This document shows positions 53,061 through 63,778 of a stretch of DNA of 64,000 bases, one piece after another. Below the pieces are notes generated by a model. That model did no database searches and was not told the DNA's origin. It worked only from the letters and a program-made list of their open reading frames with translations. The DNA comes from Gammaproteobacteria bacterium (GTDB lineage: Bacteria > Pseudomonadota > Gammaproteobacteria > GCA-002705445 > GCA-002716945), in assembly GCA_030835925.1 (NCBI GenBank), contig JAURQW010000016.1:4731-68730 (forward strand), read 5' to 3'. Numbering within the stretch: the stretch's first letter is position 1; each line of letters starts with the position of its first letter. The position numbers and the translations under genes are program-made.

Positions 53061-53975
53061 TTAATTTAGAATCTTAATTTTAGAACCATCTTTTAATTTT
53101 TCTTGGCCCATATAAATAACTATATCATTATTGCTAAGACCTGACTTGATCTCAATTGCAGAATTAGCTTTTATTCCTATTTGCACCTCAGTCAATCTTG
53201 CTGTGTCCTTATCGACTTTATATACAAAATGTTTCTCATTTATACTTAAGAGCGATTCCTCAGGTACTAATATTGCATTAGCATTCTCTTCTAAAAATAT
53301 ATCTACTTTCATTAATAATCCAGGTTTTAGAACATTAGACTTATTATCTATTACGGCATATGCCTCAATTGTTCGAGTCTGAGTATCAATCCTAGTGTCG
53401 ACGAATTTAAGATCACCATAATACTCATAATTAGGTAAATTATCAGAGGTAACTGAAAATGATAGTTTTTTCGATAGATATGGCATTAACCTTTCTGGTA
53501 AATCTAATGGTAGCTTCATGACATTGAAATTATCTAACGATGTCAATAGATCACCTTTTGAAACATTTTGGCTAGCTTTTATTTTACTGAGGCCAATGAC
53601 ACCCGAAAAAGGTGCATGAATTTTCGTAGAGCCCACTTTATCAGACGATATTATTGAATAGAGGAGTTGGCCTTCTGTTACAAGTGAGCTCTCTGTATAA
53701 AAAATCTTATCAACTATCCCGTTTACTTTACTAGTAATATCAACAGATTCATAAGACTCTATTACAGATAGTGCTCTGTAGCTATATTGAGCGATGTCAA
53801 TATCAACCGGTACTGCTTTAACTGAGGTAACTCTAGTTTGATTCATGAATTTGCTAAAATACATATATTTCAAATATAAAGATGTCGCGCCATAGATTAA
53901 GCCAATAATAAATAATGATACGAATATTTTAAATAAGCCTAATGACTTAAAATAATTTAACACTTTATTTTGCAT
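53061..53975 (-). CDS. RND efflux membrane fusion protein (periplasmic adaptor)
   Basis: N-terminal anchor and lipoyl/beta-barrel MFP-like sequence, immediately upstream of the RND pump gene. Confidence 0.8.
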   Translation of the reverse strand: MQNKVLNYFKSLGLFKIFVSLFIIGLIYGATSLYLKYMYFSKFMNQTRVTSVKAVPVDIDIAQYSYRALSVIESYESVDITSKVNGIVDKIFYTESSLVTEGQLLYSIISSDKVGSTKIHAPFSGVIGLSKIKASQNVSKGDLLTSLDNFNVMKLPLDLPERLMPYLSKKLSFSVTSDNLPNYEYYGDLKFVDTRIDTQTRTIEAYAVIDNKSNVLKPGLLMKVDIFLEENANAILVPEESLLSINEKHFVYKVDKDTARLTEVQIGIKANSAIEIKSGLSNNDIVIYMGQEKLKDGSKIKILN

Positions 53976-53978
53976 ACA

Positions 53979-54704
53979 CTATTTTACCCATATTAGAGAA
54001 GCAATTCTACCGGTATTATTCTCACCTCGATATGAATAATATAAATTAGAATTTTGATATGTGCACATATCATCTGTGTAGATCTTAGTAACACCGTTAC
54101 TTTTTAGAAGCATTTTTGCTGCAGATTTTAAATCAAGTTTCCATCGTTCATTGTCATACTTGGTAAATATTTTTGTTGATATTTTAGAAAGCTTCTTATA
54201 AACATCCTCTCTTACAAGATAATTATCGGCACTGATAGAAGGACCTATCCAACAAATTATATCCTCAGGATTTTTTGTAAATCTTGTTACAAATTTTGTT
54301 ATAATACCATTTGCTAAACCTCTCCAGCCAGCATGTATTACCCCAACTTTTGTTCCCGAAGAATTACAAATAAGGATAGGCAAACAATCTGCAGAAAGAA
54401 CAGAGCATGCAAGACCAGATACAGAAGTATAACATGCATCACAAACTAAGTCTTTTTTTGAATCTGTTACCTTTCTGATATAAGAACTGTGTATTTGTTT
54501 CATCCAAACAGGCTCTTCTATAAGACCAAGTGTTTTTTTTAACTCTTCCCTATTTTTTCTCACACTGACTCTAGAATCCCCAACATCATAACTTAAATTA
54601 GAGTGTCCAAATTTATTTTTACTATACCCACCAATTCTGGTCGTATAGCAACAACCAATATTATCTGGTGCACCCCAAGATATTTTTTTAATTTGTATTG
54701 GCAT
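53979..54704 (-). CDS. pgeF: YfiH/PgeF family (DUF152, laccase-domain) protein
   Basis: DUF152 motifs (HAGWRG) and the conserved rluD-yfiH adjacency. Confidence 0.85.
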   Translation of the reverse strand: MPIQIKKISWGAPDNIGCCYTTRIGGYSKNKFGHSNLSYDVGDSRVSVRKNREELKKTLGLIEEPVWMKQIHSSYIRKVTDSKKDLVCDACYTSVSGLACSVLSADCLPILICNSSGTKVGVIHAGWRGLANGIITKFVTRFTKNPEDIICWIGPSISADNYLVREDVYKKLSKISTKIFTKYDNERWKLDLKSAAKMLLKSNGVTKIYTDDMCTYQNSNLYYSYRGENNTGRIASLIWVK

Positions 54705-55647
54705 AACTTATTTCCTCAATTAAAGATTCTAGCTTTTTGAAGGATTTTGGTTTCTCACATTCTATTTTAAAAATATTATTAGTAATGGGATGCCTAAACT
54801 CTAATGATGAGGCATGTAGTGCATGATCATCTGATGAGCATGAAAGCAGCTCTAAAATATCAGGATGCTTTGTGAAGATAGTTTTCTTAAAACCATATAA
54901 CTTATCACCAATTACTGGATGGCCAATATGTGATAGATGAACTCTTATTTGATGTGTTCTGCCTGTGACTAACTCGACTTCTAAAGAAGATGCTTTTTCA
55001 AATCTTCTTAGGACTTTTATTTTAGATATTGATTCTTTACCATTTTCAGTTACTGACATTTTTTTTCTATTAATTTTATGTCTTCCGATTCTCTCATCAA
55101 TTTTTGATACATTATTAATAATTCCAGAAACTAATGTATGATACTTTTTTATAACTTTTCTATCTTGTATTTGCTTAGTAAGATTATTATGCGACTGTAA
55201 TGTTTTAGCGATAATCAATAAGCCAGATGTTTGCTTGTCTAGACGATGAATAATACCTGCTCTAGGTACATTTCTTAATTCTGGGTATTTAAATAATAGA
55301 GCATTCTGAAGTGTGCCAGAATAATTACCAACTGCAGTATGGGTTACCATGCCACATGGTTTGTCTACTACCAAGAAACTACTATCATCATGAAGAATAT
55401 TTATTGGTATATCTTCAGAGATAATATCTAACTTTTCATTTTGCATGACCTCAATTTCTATCAGTGACTTCGATGTCAATTTATCTTTTGGAGAACATAT
55501 TTTCCCATTTATTAATATTTTCTCATTATTGATCCAATTTTTTATACAAGATCTTGAATATTCTGGCAAATAAGATACCAGTAACTGATCAATCCTAAGA
55601 TCGTTTTTAGGCTCTACGTCAAATCTGTAAAAAGTTACATTTTTCAT
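54688..55647 (-). CDS. rluD: 23S rRNA pseudouridine synthase RluD
   Basis: S4 domain plus RluA-family catalytic motif HRLDKQTSGLLIIAKT. Divergent from bamD. Confidence 0.9.
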   Translation of the reverse strand: MKNVTFYRFDVEPKNDLRIDQLLVSYLPEYSRSCIKNWINNEKILINGKICSPKDKLTSKSLIEIEVMQNEKLDIISEDIPINILHDDSSFLVVDKPCGMVTHTAVGNYSGTLQNALLFKYPELRNVPRAGIIHRLDKQTSGLLIIAKTLQSHNNLTKQIQDRKVIKKYHTLVSGIINNVSKIDERIGRHKINRKKMSVTENGKESISKIKVLRRFEKASSLEVELVTGRTHQIRVHLSHIGHPVIGDKLYGFKKTIFTKHPDILELLSCSSDDHALHASSLEFRHPITNNIFKIECEKPKSFKKLESLIEEISYANTN

Positions 55648-55682
55648 GGTGTTTTCTCACATAACTAATCTATAATAACAAA

Positions 55683-56567
55683 ATGAAAGCTAAAATTCTC
55701 CTTATTAACCTTGTATTGATGACTTTATTGTCGAGTTGCTCGTATTGGACGAATGTACTAAAAGAAGCAGATCCTACTGTCGGGATGTCAGCCGCGGAGA
55801 TATATACTCAGGGCAAGGAGTTTCTTGATGTTGAGGATTATCCTAACTCTATTAAATATTTTGATATATTAGAAGCAAGATATCCTTTTGGAAAATACTC
55901 TACTCAAGCAATGTTAGATTTAGCATATGCTGCATATCAGTCTAATCTAAAAGATGAGGCAATAGTTAACTGTGATAGATTTATACGTTTATATCCAAAT
56001 CACCCGAATGTTTCATATGCATACTATCTAAGAGCGTTATCGAATTTTGATAAAGATAGGAATTTTATAACAGAGATATTTGCTCAAGATCCATCAAAAT
56101 ATGATGTTACTAAACTGAAACAATCTTTCGATGATTTTACAGTAGTGGTAAATAAGTTCCCTAAAAGTAAATATGCAAAAGATTCAAGAAACAGACTTAT
56201 ATATATCAAGAATATGATAGCTAAAAATGAACTATATATCGCAAAATATTACAGTAAAAGATCAGCACATGTTGCAGCAATCGAGAGAGTGAAATATATG
56301 TTAAAAAACTACAGCGGTACGCCAAGCTCAGAGGAGGGATTACTAGTCATGATAAATAGTTACAATAATCTGAAGATGAAAGATTTAGCATATGATACCT
56401 CTAGAGTTTTAAAAGAAAATTATCCTGAATATACAATTTCAGAAACTAAAAATAATTATATAAAAGTTTATAAAAAGATAGAGTCATTTGATATGGATGC
56501 CAAGGATAAACCTATAAAAGATAATGGAAGTTGGTTTTCTTATTTCAATATCTTTAACTATTTTTGA
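55683..56567 (+). CDS. bamD: Outer membrane protein assembly factor BamD
   Basis: Lipoprotein signal (LLSSCS), TPR-rich sequence and conserved position divergent from rluD. Confidence 0.85.
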   Translation: MKAKILLINLVLMTLLSSCSYWTNVLKEADPTVGMSAAEIYTQGKEFLDVEDYPNSIKYFDILEARYPFGKYSTQAMLDLAYAAYQSNLKDEAIVNCDRFIRLYPNHPNVSYAYYLRALSNFDKDRNFITEIFAQDPSKYDVTKLKQSFDDFTVVVNKFPKSKYAKDSRNRLIYIKNMIAKNELYIAKYYSKRSAHVAAIERVKYMLKNYSGTPSSEEGLLVMINSYNNLKMKDLAYDTSRVLKENYPEYTISETKNNYIKVYKKIESFDMDAKDKPIKDNGSWFSYFNIFNYF

Positions 56568-57303
56568 GCTTATCACCTATTTTACATACAGGGATCGGCA
56601 TCATTTTGTGAAGGTTTCTAGTTCTAATTTCTAAATATTTCTCTCTGTAAATACTATTCTCATCTGTCATTGCATTTTCTAGTTGCTCATATGTTAGTCC
56701 AAGCTGATCTTCATCTGTTCTATCATCTTCCCATAATCCATCTGTAGGCTTGGCAGTCAATATTTCATCTATTATGCCAAGTTCTTTAGCCAAAGCTCTC
56801 ACTTCACTTTTCGTAAGATCTGCTATAGGAGATATGTCGACACCACCATCACCATATTTTGTATAGAAACCAACACCAAAATCTTCAACCTTATTACCTG
56901 TACCTACAACTACGCCTGATGATGATTGTGCAATTTGATATAATAACAGCATTCTCAGTCTTGATTTAGAATTAGCAAATGCTAGTTCATCATTATGGTT
57001 TGTTGCTTGGCAAGTCTGTTTGAAAATATTAAATGTATCAGAGAGATCAATTTCATATTCTTCGGTATTTTTAAATCCTTTAACTAGTGATGAACAATGA
57101 GCTTTGCTCAAAGAGATATCTTTAGAATTTAGGGGGATTTTAACTAAAATAGTTTTAATTTTTGTCATTGCACATAATGTGCTTGTCAAGGCCGAATCAA
57201 TACCTCCAGAAACACCAATGACAAGCGAGTCGATATTTGATGATTTTTTTACATAATCATCTATCCAGTTTACTATATAATTTATTACCTTATTGTTATC
57301 CAT
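56554..57303 (-). CDS. nadE: NH3-dependent NAD+ synthetase
   Basis: PP-loop VIGVSGGIDSALTSTL. Length is 249 aa. Confidence 0.9.
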   Translation of the reverse strand: MDNNKVINYIVNWIDDYVKKSSNIDSLVIGVSGGIDSALTSTLCAMTKIKTILVKIPLNSKDISLSKAHCSSLVKGFKNTEEYEIDLSDTFNIFKQTCQATNHNDELAFANSKSRLRMLLLYQIAQSSSGVVVGTGNKVEDFGVGFYTKYGDGGVDISPIADLTKSEVRALAKELGIIDEILTAKPTDGLWEDDRTDEDQLGLTYEQLENAMTDENSIYREKYLEIRTRNLHKMMPIPVCKIGDKLKNS

Positions 57304-57406
57304 AGATATACTAATATTGCTAAAGTTTACTTTCAGAACAAGGTTTCATCCAAATCCGATACATTATAGTCTATAATAACAAAATAATACTAATCAATAT
57401 AAAAAT

Positions 57407-57607
57407 ATGCGTATAATAATAGTACTTTTAGTAGTAGTTTTCTTATATATTTTATTAAAACCACTGCTCATAAATAACAAAATGAAGACAGCTAATAAAA
57501 AGAAGATGGATATTAAATATTGCAAGCACTGCAAATCTTATGTGATATCTGAAGACTTTTGCGGTTTAAAAAATAATAATTATAAATACTGTAAAAATTA
57601 TAAATGA
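57407..57607 (+). CDS. Hypothetical small protein (N-terminal TM helix, Cys/Lys-rich tail)
   Basis: 66 aa ORF upstream of coaE with a hydrophobic N-terminus and a C-x2-C ... C ... C tail. No family recognised. Confidence 0.3.
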   Translation: MRIIIVLLVVVFLYILLKPLLINNKMKTANKKKMDIKYCKHCKSYVISEDFCGLKNNNYKYCKNYK

Positions 57608-57697
57608 GACTAATATGACTAGAATACCATTGCTAATAACATTATCTGTAATAATGATAATAGGTATTATATTAACTGTACTTCTTCGGTAAAAAAA

Positions 57698-58279
57698 ATG
57701 AAGCCAGTCGTAATTTCAGGAAAAATTGGATCCGGCAAATCTACAGTTTGCAAACTATTTAAAGATCATGGTTATATGGCGATTAATTCAGATACGATGG
57801 CAAAAGATCTGATCAGGACAAATGAGGTAATTAAAAAAAGTTTAATCGAATCGTTTGGTGCTGATGTCATACATAAAAATGATATATCATTCAAAAAACT
57901 TAGGTCTATCTTATGCTCATCTGATGAGAATAAAAGGATAATAGATGCAATAGTTCATCCAGTTTTTTATAGAGAGCTAAATATAGTTATTAGCTCTAGT
58001 AAAGATAAACTTGTAATAGAAATACCTCTGATAGAAACATGTCATCATATTGATACTGATTATACTTTAGTTTATGTAAAAACAGACAAAGATATAAGAA
58101 AACATAGATTCTTAGAAAAAAAAGATATAGATGAAAATATTTTTGAGAGTCTTAATGGGTTACAAAAAATTAAAGATTTGTCTTCAATTGATCAAAAATA
58201 TACTATATTTAATAATGGAAGCTTAAAGGATCTAGAAGATAGTTTTAATAAACTTTATGAAGAATTAAATAATGAATAG
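57698..58279 (+). CDS. coaE: Dephospho-CoA kinase
   Basis: P-loop SGKIGSGKST. Length 193 aa. Upstream of zapD. Confidence 0.9.
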   Translation: MKPVVISGKIGSGKSTVCKLFKDHGYMAINSDTMAKDLIRTNEVIKKSLIESFGADVIHKNDISFKKLRSILCSSDENKRIIDAIVHPVFYRELNIVISSSKDKLVIEIPLIETCHHIDTDYTLVYVKTDKDIRKHRFLEKKDIDENIFESLNGLQKIKDLSSIDQKYTIFNNGSLKDLEDSFNKLYEELNNE

Positions 58280-59045
58280 CTTATCAGACAATCAGGTTTC
58301 AATATATGAAGAACCAGTACAAGAAAAAGTTAGAAAGTTTCTTAAAATTGAATACTTGTTTGATAGAATTTATTATTTTAAGAGCAAGGAAGATAAAAGA
58401 GAAAACTATACTGCCCTAATGGCTTTATATGATTTATATGAAATACTATCTAGGAGCGATATTAAGTCAGAATTAATAAGAGAGGTTGAGACTCATAACA
58501 CGTACTTTAATAAGATAAAAGATTCCCAGTCGTCCAATACTGATCATAGTAAATTAAATTCTGTAATTGAAAAACAAGAGCTTCTTTTAAAACTTCTATA
58601 TAGCATCGAGAGTAATTATCTAGATTATCTAGATAATGATGTACTCTGTAAAACTATTTTCAAGAATTTTAACAGCACTATACAACCCTCATCTGTAGAT
58701 TTTTGGCTAACAAGGGATATTGTTTTAAGGGAAACGCAGATAGATCTGTGGTTAGAACCATTATTATTTATTAAAAAGAGTATAGATTTTATACTAAATA
58801 TTATTAGAAAGTCTGGCAACTTTAACGATAAGCTTGCAGAAAAAGGATTTTATATTGAAAAGCTAGATCCTAAAAAAAATGTATTATTAATTAGAGTTAC
58901 TCTAACATCTGATTTATATTATTATCCACAGATAAGTGTTGGGAAACAACGATTAAATATAATGTTTATGTCAAAAGATGATAAGAATAACCTTATTAGA
59001 CATAAAGATGATGTACAATTTATTCTAACTACATGCGTATTATAA
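58272..59045 (+). CDS. zapD: Cell division protein ZapD (YacF)
   Basis: About 250 aa DUF1342-like sequence directly after coaE, converging on mutT as in the conserved coaE-zapD context. Confidence 0.75.
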   Translation: MNSLSDNQVSIYEEPVQEKVRKFLKIEYLFDRIYYFKSKEDKRENYTALMALYDLYEILSRSDIKSELIREVETHNTYFNKIKDSQSSNTDHSKLNSVIEKQELLLKLLYSIESNYLDYLDNDVLCKTIFKNFNSTIQPSSVDFWLTRDIVLRETQIDLWLEPLLFIKKSIDFILNIIRKSGNFNDKLAEKGFYIEKLDPKKNVLLIRVTLTSDLYYYPQISVGKQRLNIMFMSKDDKNNLIRHKDDVQFILTTCVL

Positions 59046-59051
59046 TAATTT

Positions 59052-59969
59052 TTAAAAATTAGTAATACCTGATACTCCATATCCATTATGAGATAAACAC
59101 TTGTCTAGATCAGACTTTCTTATTCCTCCGAGCGCAAAAACAGGCATGTTGGCCTCTAAAGCAAGATTTCCAAAGCTATCCCAGCCTAATGTTTGTTTTG
59201 TATATAATTTAGAAATCAATACTGGTGATAAGAAAATAAAATCAAAGTTATATTTGTTAGCTATGCGTATATCTGAAATATTATGGCATGATGCAGAATA
59301 TGTGAGTTTGTTATTTAGTTTTATAAATTTTGTATTTTCTAAATCTTTTAATTGATCAGATTTATAGTGTATACCTTTGAACTCTAAATTTTTAAATAGT
59401 TCATAATATGTTACATCTAATATTAGATCAATATTATTGTCAGAACATATTTTAGAATATTTTTCTGCCTGAATATAATAATCCTTAGGGTTTATTTTAT
59501 TAGATCTGTATCTTAAAATGTTATTTGAATATAACTTTGATACATCTTCGTTTGTATAATTATCAGCATCGATCGATTTGATAGAACAATACCTTGGTAA
59601 AGATAAATAATTAAGGACTCTAAATGTAGAGTCTATGAATTTTTCGTTTGATTCAAATGCATTCAAATAAAGTAGCCCTTGATTTTCTTTAGCGTAAATA
59701 TTCTCTCGATACGCTAATATTTCAAAAATATGTAGTTTAACCTGCAGGTGATCATAATAATGTATAACTGATCCAATACTATTAAATTTAGTTATTTTTA
59801 TTCCAAGTTCTTCAAAACATTCTCTATATAAAGCATCCTCAGGAGTTTCATTATTTTCTACTTTACCTCCTGGAAATTCATAATAGTTTTGATAAGGGTG
59901 CTTAGTCCTCAATGAATAGAGTAACTTATCAGAATCTCTTATTATTGCTACAGAACACTCAAGAGTCAT
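59052..59969 (-). CDS. mutT: Nudix (MutT-like) hydrolase fused to a ThiE/TenI-like (TMP-TENI) domain
   Basis: N-terminal Nudix box GGKVENNETPEDALYRECFEELGI. C-terminal half resembles a thiamine-phosphate synthase/TenI TIM barrel (FALGGI). Located downstream of secA-argJ. Confidence 0.75.
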   Translation of the reverse strand: MTLECSVAIIRDSDKLLYSLRTKHPYQNYYEFPGGKVENNETPEDALYRECFEELGIKITKFNSIGSVIHYYDHLQVKLHIFEILAYRENIYAKENQGLLYLNAFESNEKFIDSTFRVLNYLSLPRYCSIKSIDADNYTNEDVSKLYSNNILRYRSNKINPKDYYIQAEKYSKICSDNNIDLILDVTYYELFKNLEFKGIHYKSDQLKDLENTKFIKLNNKLTYSASCHNISDIRIANKYNFDFIFLSPVLISKLYTKQTLGWDSFGNLALEANMPVFALGGIRKSDLDKCLSHNGYGVSGITNF

Positions 59970-59975
59970 ACAATA

Positions 59976-61148
59976 TTATGTAGTATATGCGGAATTGATA
60001 TGCACATACTCATGGCTTAGATCAGATGTTAGTATAGAATGCGAGGAAGATCCGGAATTCAGAGATATATCAACAACTATTTCATTCTTCTTCATGGATT
60101 TATTTAATGACTTGAGATTACATTTATTAGATTGTATTCCGCCCGTAAAAATTAGCATTTTATTAATATGGAGATCAACTTTTTCAGGTTTATAATCAAT
60201 ATGATTTAAAGATCCTAGTTTGGCAATAATTCTTCCCCAGTTTGGATCAGCTCCAAACATAGCGGTTTTAATAAGATTAGAATTTGCAAGACTATATGCT
60301 ACTGACCTTGCTTGAGCATTATTTTTTGATGCATGAACGTTAATTGTAATAACCTTAGTCGATCCTTCGCCATCCTTAATAATCATCTTAGCAAGATCTT
60401 GGCACAAGAAAGATAACTCATATGATAGTTTTTTATAATTAGAAGAAATATTAAAATCAGTTTTTTTATTTTCTCCGGTACTGATTAATATAACGCTATC
60501 ATTTGTAGACATCTCACCATCAACAGATATTGCATTAAAAGAAGTATCATTGACCTCTTTGATTAACTTATTTAATAATCTTTTGTTAAGGTTAACGTCG
60601 ATTGATATAAAAGCTAGCATTGTTGCCATGTTTGGCTCTATCATACCTGCGCCTTTGCAAATAGCATTAATAGTAATTTTTTTTCTATTTATCAAAAAAC
60701 TTCTAGATATACATTTATTGAACTTATCTGTCGTCATAATTGCCTTAGATGCAGATTTCCAAGAAGATTTAAAAGAAAATTTATGACTATTAAGTTTTTT
60801 TTCTATTTTATCCATAGGTAATTGTCTGCCAATGATGCCAGTTGAAAACAATAATACCTCAGATGATTTACAATTAAATTTTTGGGATATAAGATTAGTA
60901 CACTTCAAAGAATTAGAAGAACCTATCTTACCTGTACATGCATTTGCATTTCCAGAATTTACCAATATATATCTTGGTTGTGATTCTAAAATATTCTTTC
61001 TAGATAATATAACTGGCGCTGCTGCGTATCTATTTTTAGTTGTAATCATCGCAGTCTTGGCACTAGTAGGTATTTTAAAACATACAGCATCTATATGATT
61101 ATTTTTTATACCCATATTTAAAGTTTCAATTAATACTTTTTCGCTCAT
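59976..61148 (-). CDS. argJ: Bifunctional glutamate N-acetyltransferase / amino-acid acetyltransferase ArgJ
   Basis: Autoproteolytic site region PNMATMLAFISID (ATML Thr nucleophile). Confidence 0.9.
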   Translation of the reverse strand: MSEKVLIETLNMGIKNNHIDAVCFKIPTSAKTAMITTKNRYAAAPVILSRKNILESQPRYILVNSGNANACTGKIGSSNSLKCTNLISQKFNCKSSEVLLFSTGIIGRQLPMDKIEKKLNSHKFSFKSSWKSASKAIMTTDKFNKCISRSFLINRKKITINAICKGAGMIEPNMATMLAFISIDVNLNKRLLNKLIKEVNDTSFNAISVDGEMSTNDSVILISTGENKKTDFNISSNYKKLSYELSFLCQDLAKMIIKDGEGSTKVITINVHASKNNAQARSVAYSLANSNLIKTAMFGADPNWGRIIAKLGSLNHIDYKPEKVDLHINKMLIFTGGIQSNKCNLKSLNKSMKKNEIVVDISLNSGSSSHSILTSDLSHEYVHINSAYTT

Positions 61149-63718
61149 AATTTACCACAACATCTTTTATATTTTTTACCAGATCCACAAGGACATAGTG
61201 CATTCCTAGAAATATTATTATTCATCTGATTAGGTTTGCTAGATGAATTATTATCTTTCGTTATAATCTCAGATATTTCTGGTTTATTAATCTTTATTTT
61301 ACTAAGTACCTTTATTATCTCAAGATTATTAATCGCCAGCATTTCCTCAAACATCTCGAAAGACTCTCTTTTATACTCATTCTTTGGGTTTTTTTGAGCA
61401 TAACTTCTAAGCCCAACACCCTGTCTTAAATAATCAATAGAGCTGAGATGATTTCTCCAATCCTCATCTATAACACTGAGAAATATATTTCTCATTAGTT
61501 CTTTTTTATCATTAATATCCAATATATTTAAATTATTTTCAATTTTTTCGTTTAATTTATTCTTTATAGAATCTTTTAACTTATATCTATTGTCAGCTAC
61601 ATCTTCCTCTAAAACTTTCCTACTATCAATTTCAATCAAGAAATCACTTTTTAAAATGGAATCAAATTTTTCTAAGTTCCATTGGGATGCCGCCAGATCC
61701 TCAGGTATATAAGATGACATTAAATCATCACATGTGTAATCCAAGATATTATTAAATATTGTATCTATATCATCTGACTTCAAAATGTCATTTCTCTGAT
61801 TATAAATTACTTTTCTTTGTTCATTAGATATGTCGTCGTACTCCAATAAAGTTTTTCTGATATCGAAATTATGTGACTCTACTCTTTTTTGTGCATTTTC
61901 AATAGATTTTGATACCCATTTATGTTCAATAGCCTCGCCTTCTTCCATCCCAAGTTTTTTCATAATTTCACTAACTTTTTCAGATGCGAAGATCCTCATC
62001 AAGTTATCTTCTAGAGATAAAAAGAAACGAGATTCTCCAGGATCTCCTTGCCTTCCTGATCTGCCTCTTAATTGATTATCCACTCTTCTTGATTCATGTC
62101 TTTCGGTGCCAATGATAAATAAACCACCGAGAGCTTTAATTTTTTCAGGAGACCCTGTGGAGTTTCCAACATCAATAGTTATATCTTTACCACCTAAAAC
62201 AATATCTGTTCCTCTACCAGCCATATTAGTAGCAATGGTTACAGCTCCAAGTGTTCCAGCATTTGCAATAATTTCAGCTTCCATTTGATGATGTTTAGCA
62301 TTCAAGACTGAATGCTTAATTTTTTCTTTCTTGAGTATTGATGAAATATATTCAGAAGCCTCTATGGAAGTAGTTCCAACAAGAACTGGTTGCTGATTTT
62401 CATGTATCCTTTTAACTTCATGTATAATTGCAGTAAATTTCTCTTTAGCCGTTAAATATATTAAATCTACATGATCTTTCCTTATCATTTTTTTATGTGA
62501 CGGTATGACAATCACTTCTAAGTTGTAAATCTGTTGAAATTCAGTTGCTTCTGTATCAGCTGTACCGGTCATCCCTGATAATTTCTTAAATAATCTAAAG
62601 TAATTTTGAAAAGTAATTGAGGCATAGGTTTGATTCTCATTCTGAATTTTAACTTTCTCTTTGGCTTCAACAGACTGATGCAAGCCTTCAGACCATCTTC
62701 TACCAGACATTTTTCTTCCAGAGAATTCATCAATTATAACTACCTCGTCATTTTCAATGACATAGTCTATATCTTTATGATACATTAGATTTGCTTTTAG
62801 ACTTGCATCAATCAAATGTAAAAGTTGAATATTTTTCGGGTCATATAAACTCTCGTCTTTTGATATTAAATTGTTAGATACCAATGAAATCTCTATCTCA
62901 GCATGACCAGACTCACTTAATGATACTGACTTTTGTTTTTCATCTATCGAATATAACTCATCATCTTTATTCTTTTGAATTAAATCATTTGTGACTTTAT
63001 TTATTTTTACATAAAGATTACCAGTATCTTTTGCAGAACCAGATATAATTAATGGTGTTCTTGCTTCATCAATAAGAACAGAATCAACCTCATCAATAAT
63101 CGCATAACTTAATTCACCCTGAACTTTTTGATTTATATCATATGTCATATTATCTCTTAAATAATCAAATCCAAATTCATTGTTAGTACCATATACAATA
63201 TCAGACTTATATATATCTTTTCTTTGCTCAGGTGACAACGAACTGGTTATTGTGCCAACAGAAAGACCTAAGAACTTAAATATTTGACCCATCCATTCAG
63301 CATCCCTTTCAGCAAGATAATCATTTACAGTTACTATAAATACAGAATCATTCTTTAAACTATTTAAATAAGCAGGTAGAGTAGAAACAAGCGTCTTCCC
63401 TTCACCAGTTTTCATTTCTGCAATTTTCCCATAGTGTAGTGCTATACCACCTAAAAGTTGCTCATCATAATGCCTCATGCCTAATACTCTTATAGACGCT
63501 TCTCTGACTAAAGCATATGCTTCTGGTAATAGTGTAGTCAAATCATCCAAAGTCTTTGCCTTTTGTTTTAAATTACTCGTTTCATTAATAAAATCTAGCT
63601 CAGAAAACTTTTGATATTTATCCTCTAAACTATTAATTGTTTTAACGAGAGACCTATATTCTTTGATGATTCTAGTGTTTCTAGTACCGAATATATTTTT
63701 AATTAAGTTTGTTAGCAT
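61145..63718 (-). CDS. secA: Preprotein translocase ATPase SecA
   Basis: DEAD-like motor motifs and C-terminal zinc finger CPCGSGKKYKRCCG. Length is 857 aa. Confidence 0.95.
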   Translation of the reverse strand: MLTNLIKNIFGTRNTRIIKEYRSLVKTINSLEDKYQKFSELDFINETSNLKQKAKTLDDLTTLLPEAYALVREASIRVLGMRHYDEQLLGGIALHYGKIAEMKTGEGKTLVSTLPAYLNSLKNDSVFIVTVNDYLAERDAEWMGQIFKFLGLSVGTITSSLSPEQRKDIYKSDIVYGTNNEFGFDYLRDNMTYDINQKVQGELSYAIIDEVDSVLIDEARTPLIISGSAKDTGNLYVKINKVTNDLIQKNKDDELYSIDEKQKSVSLSESGHAEIEISLVSNNLISKDESLYDPKNIQLLHLIDASLKANLMYHKDIDYVIENDEVVIIDEFSGRKMSGRRWSEGLHQSVEAKEKVKIQNENQTYASITFQNYFRLFKKLSGMTGTADTEATEFQQIYNLEVIVIPSHKKMIRKDHVDLIYLTAKEKFTAIIHEVKRIHENQQPVLVGTTSIEASEYISSILKKEKIKHSVLNAKHHQMEAEIIANAGTLGAVTIATNMAGRGTDIVLGGKDITIDVGNSTGSPEKIKALGGLFIIGTERHESRRVDNQLRGRSGRQGDPGESRFFLSLEDNLMRIFASEKVSEIMKKLGMEEGEAIEHKWVSKSIENAQKRVESHNFDIRKTLLEYDDISNEQRKVIYNQRNDILKSDDIDTIFNNILDYTCDDLMSSYIPEDLAASQWNLEKFDSILKSDFLIEIDSRKVLEEDVADNRYKLKDSIKNKLNEKIENNLNILDINDKKELMRNIFLSVIDEDWRNHLSSIDYLRQGVGLRSYAQKNPKNEYKRESFEMFEEMLAINNLEIIKVLSKIKINKPEISEIITKDNNSSSKPNQMNNNISRNALCPCGSGKKYKRCCGKL

Positions 63719-63778
63719 TGTGGCTCATATATATTTGTATAGTTAATACTTTCTATCGTACAATAAGTATAATAGCTC

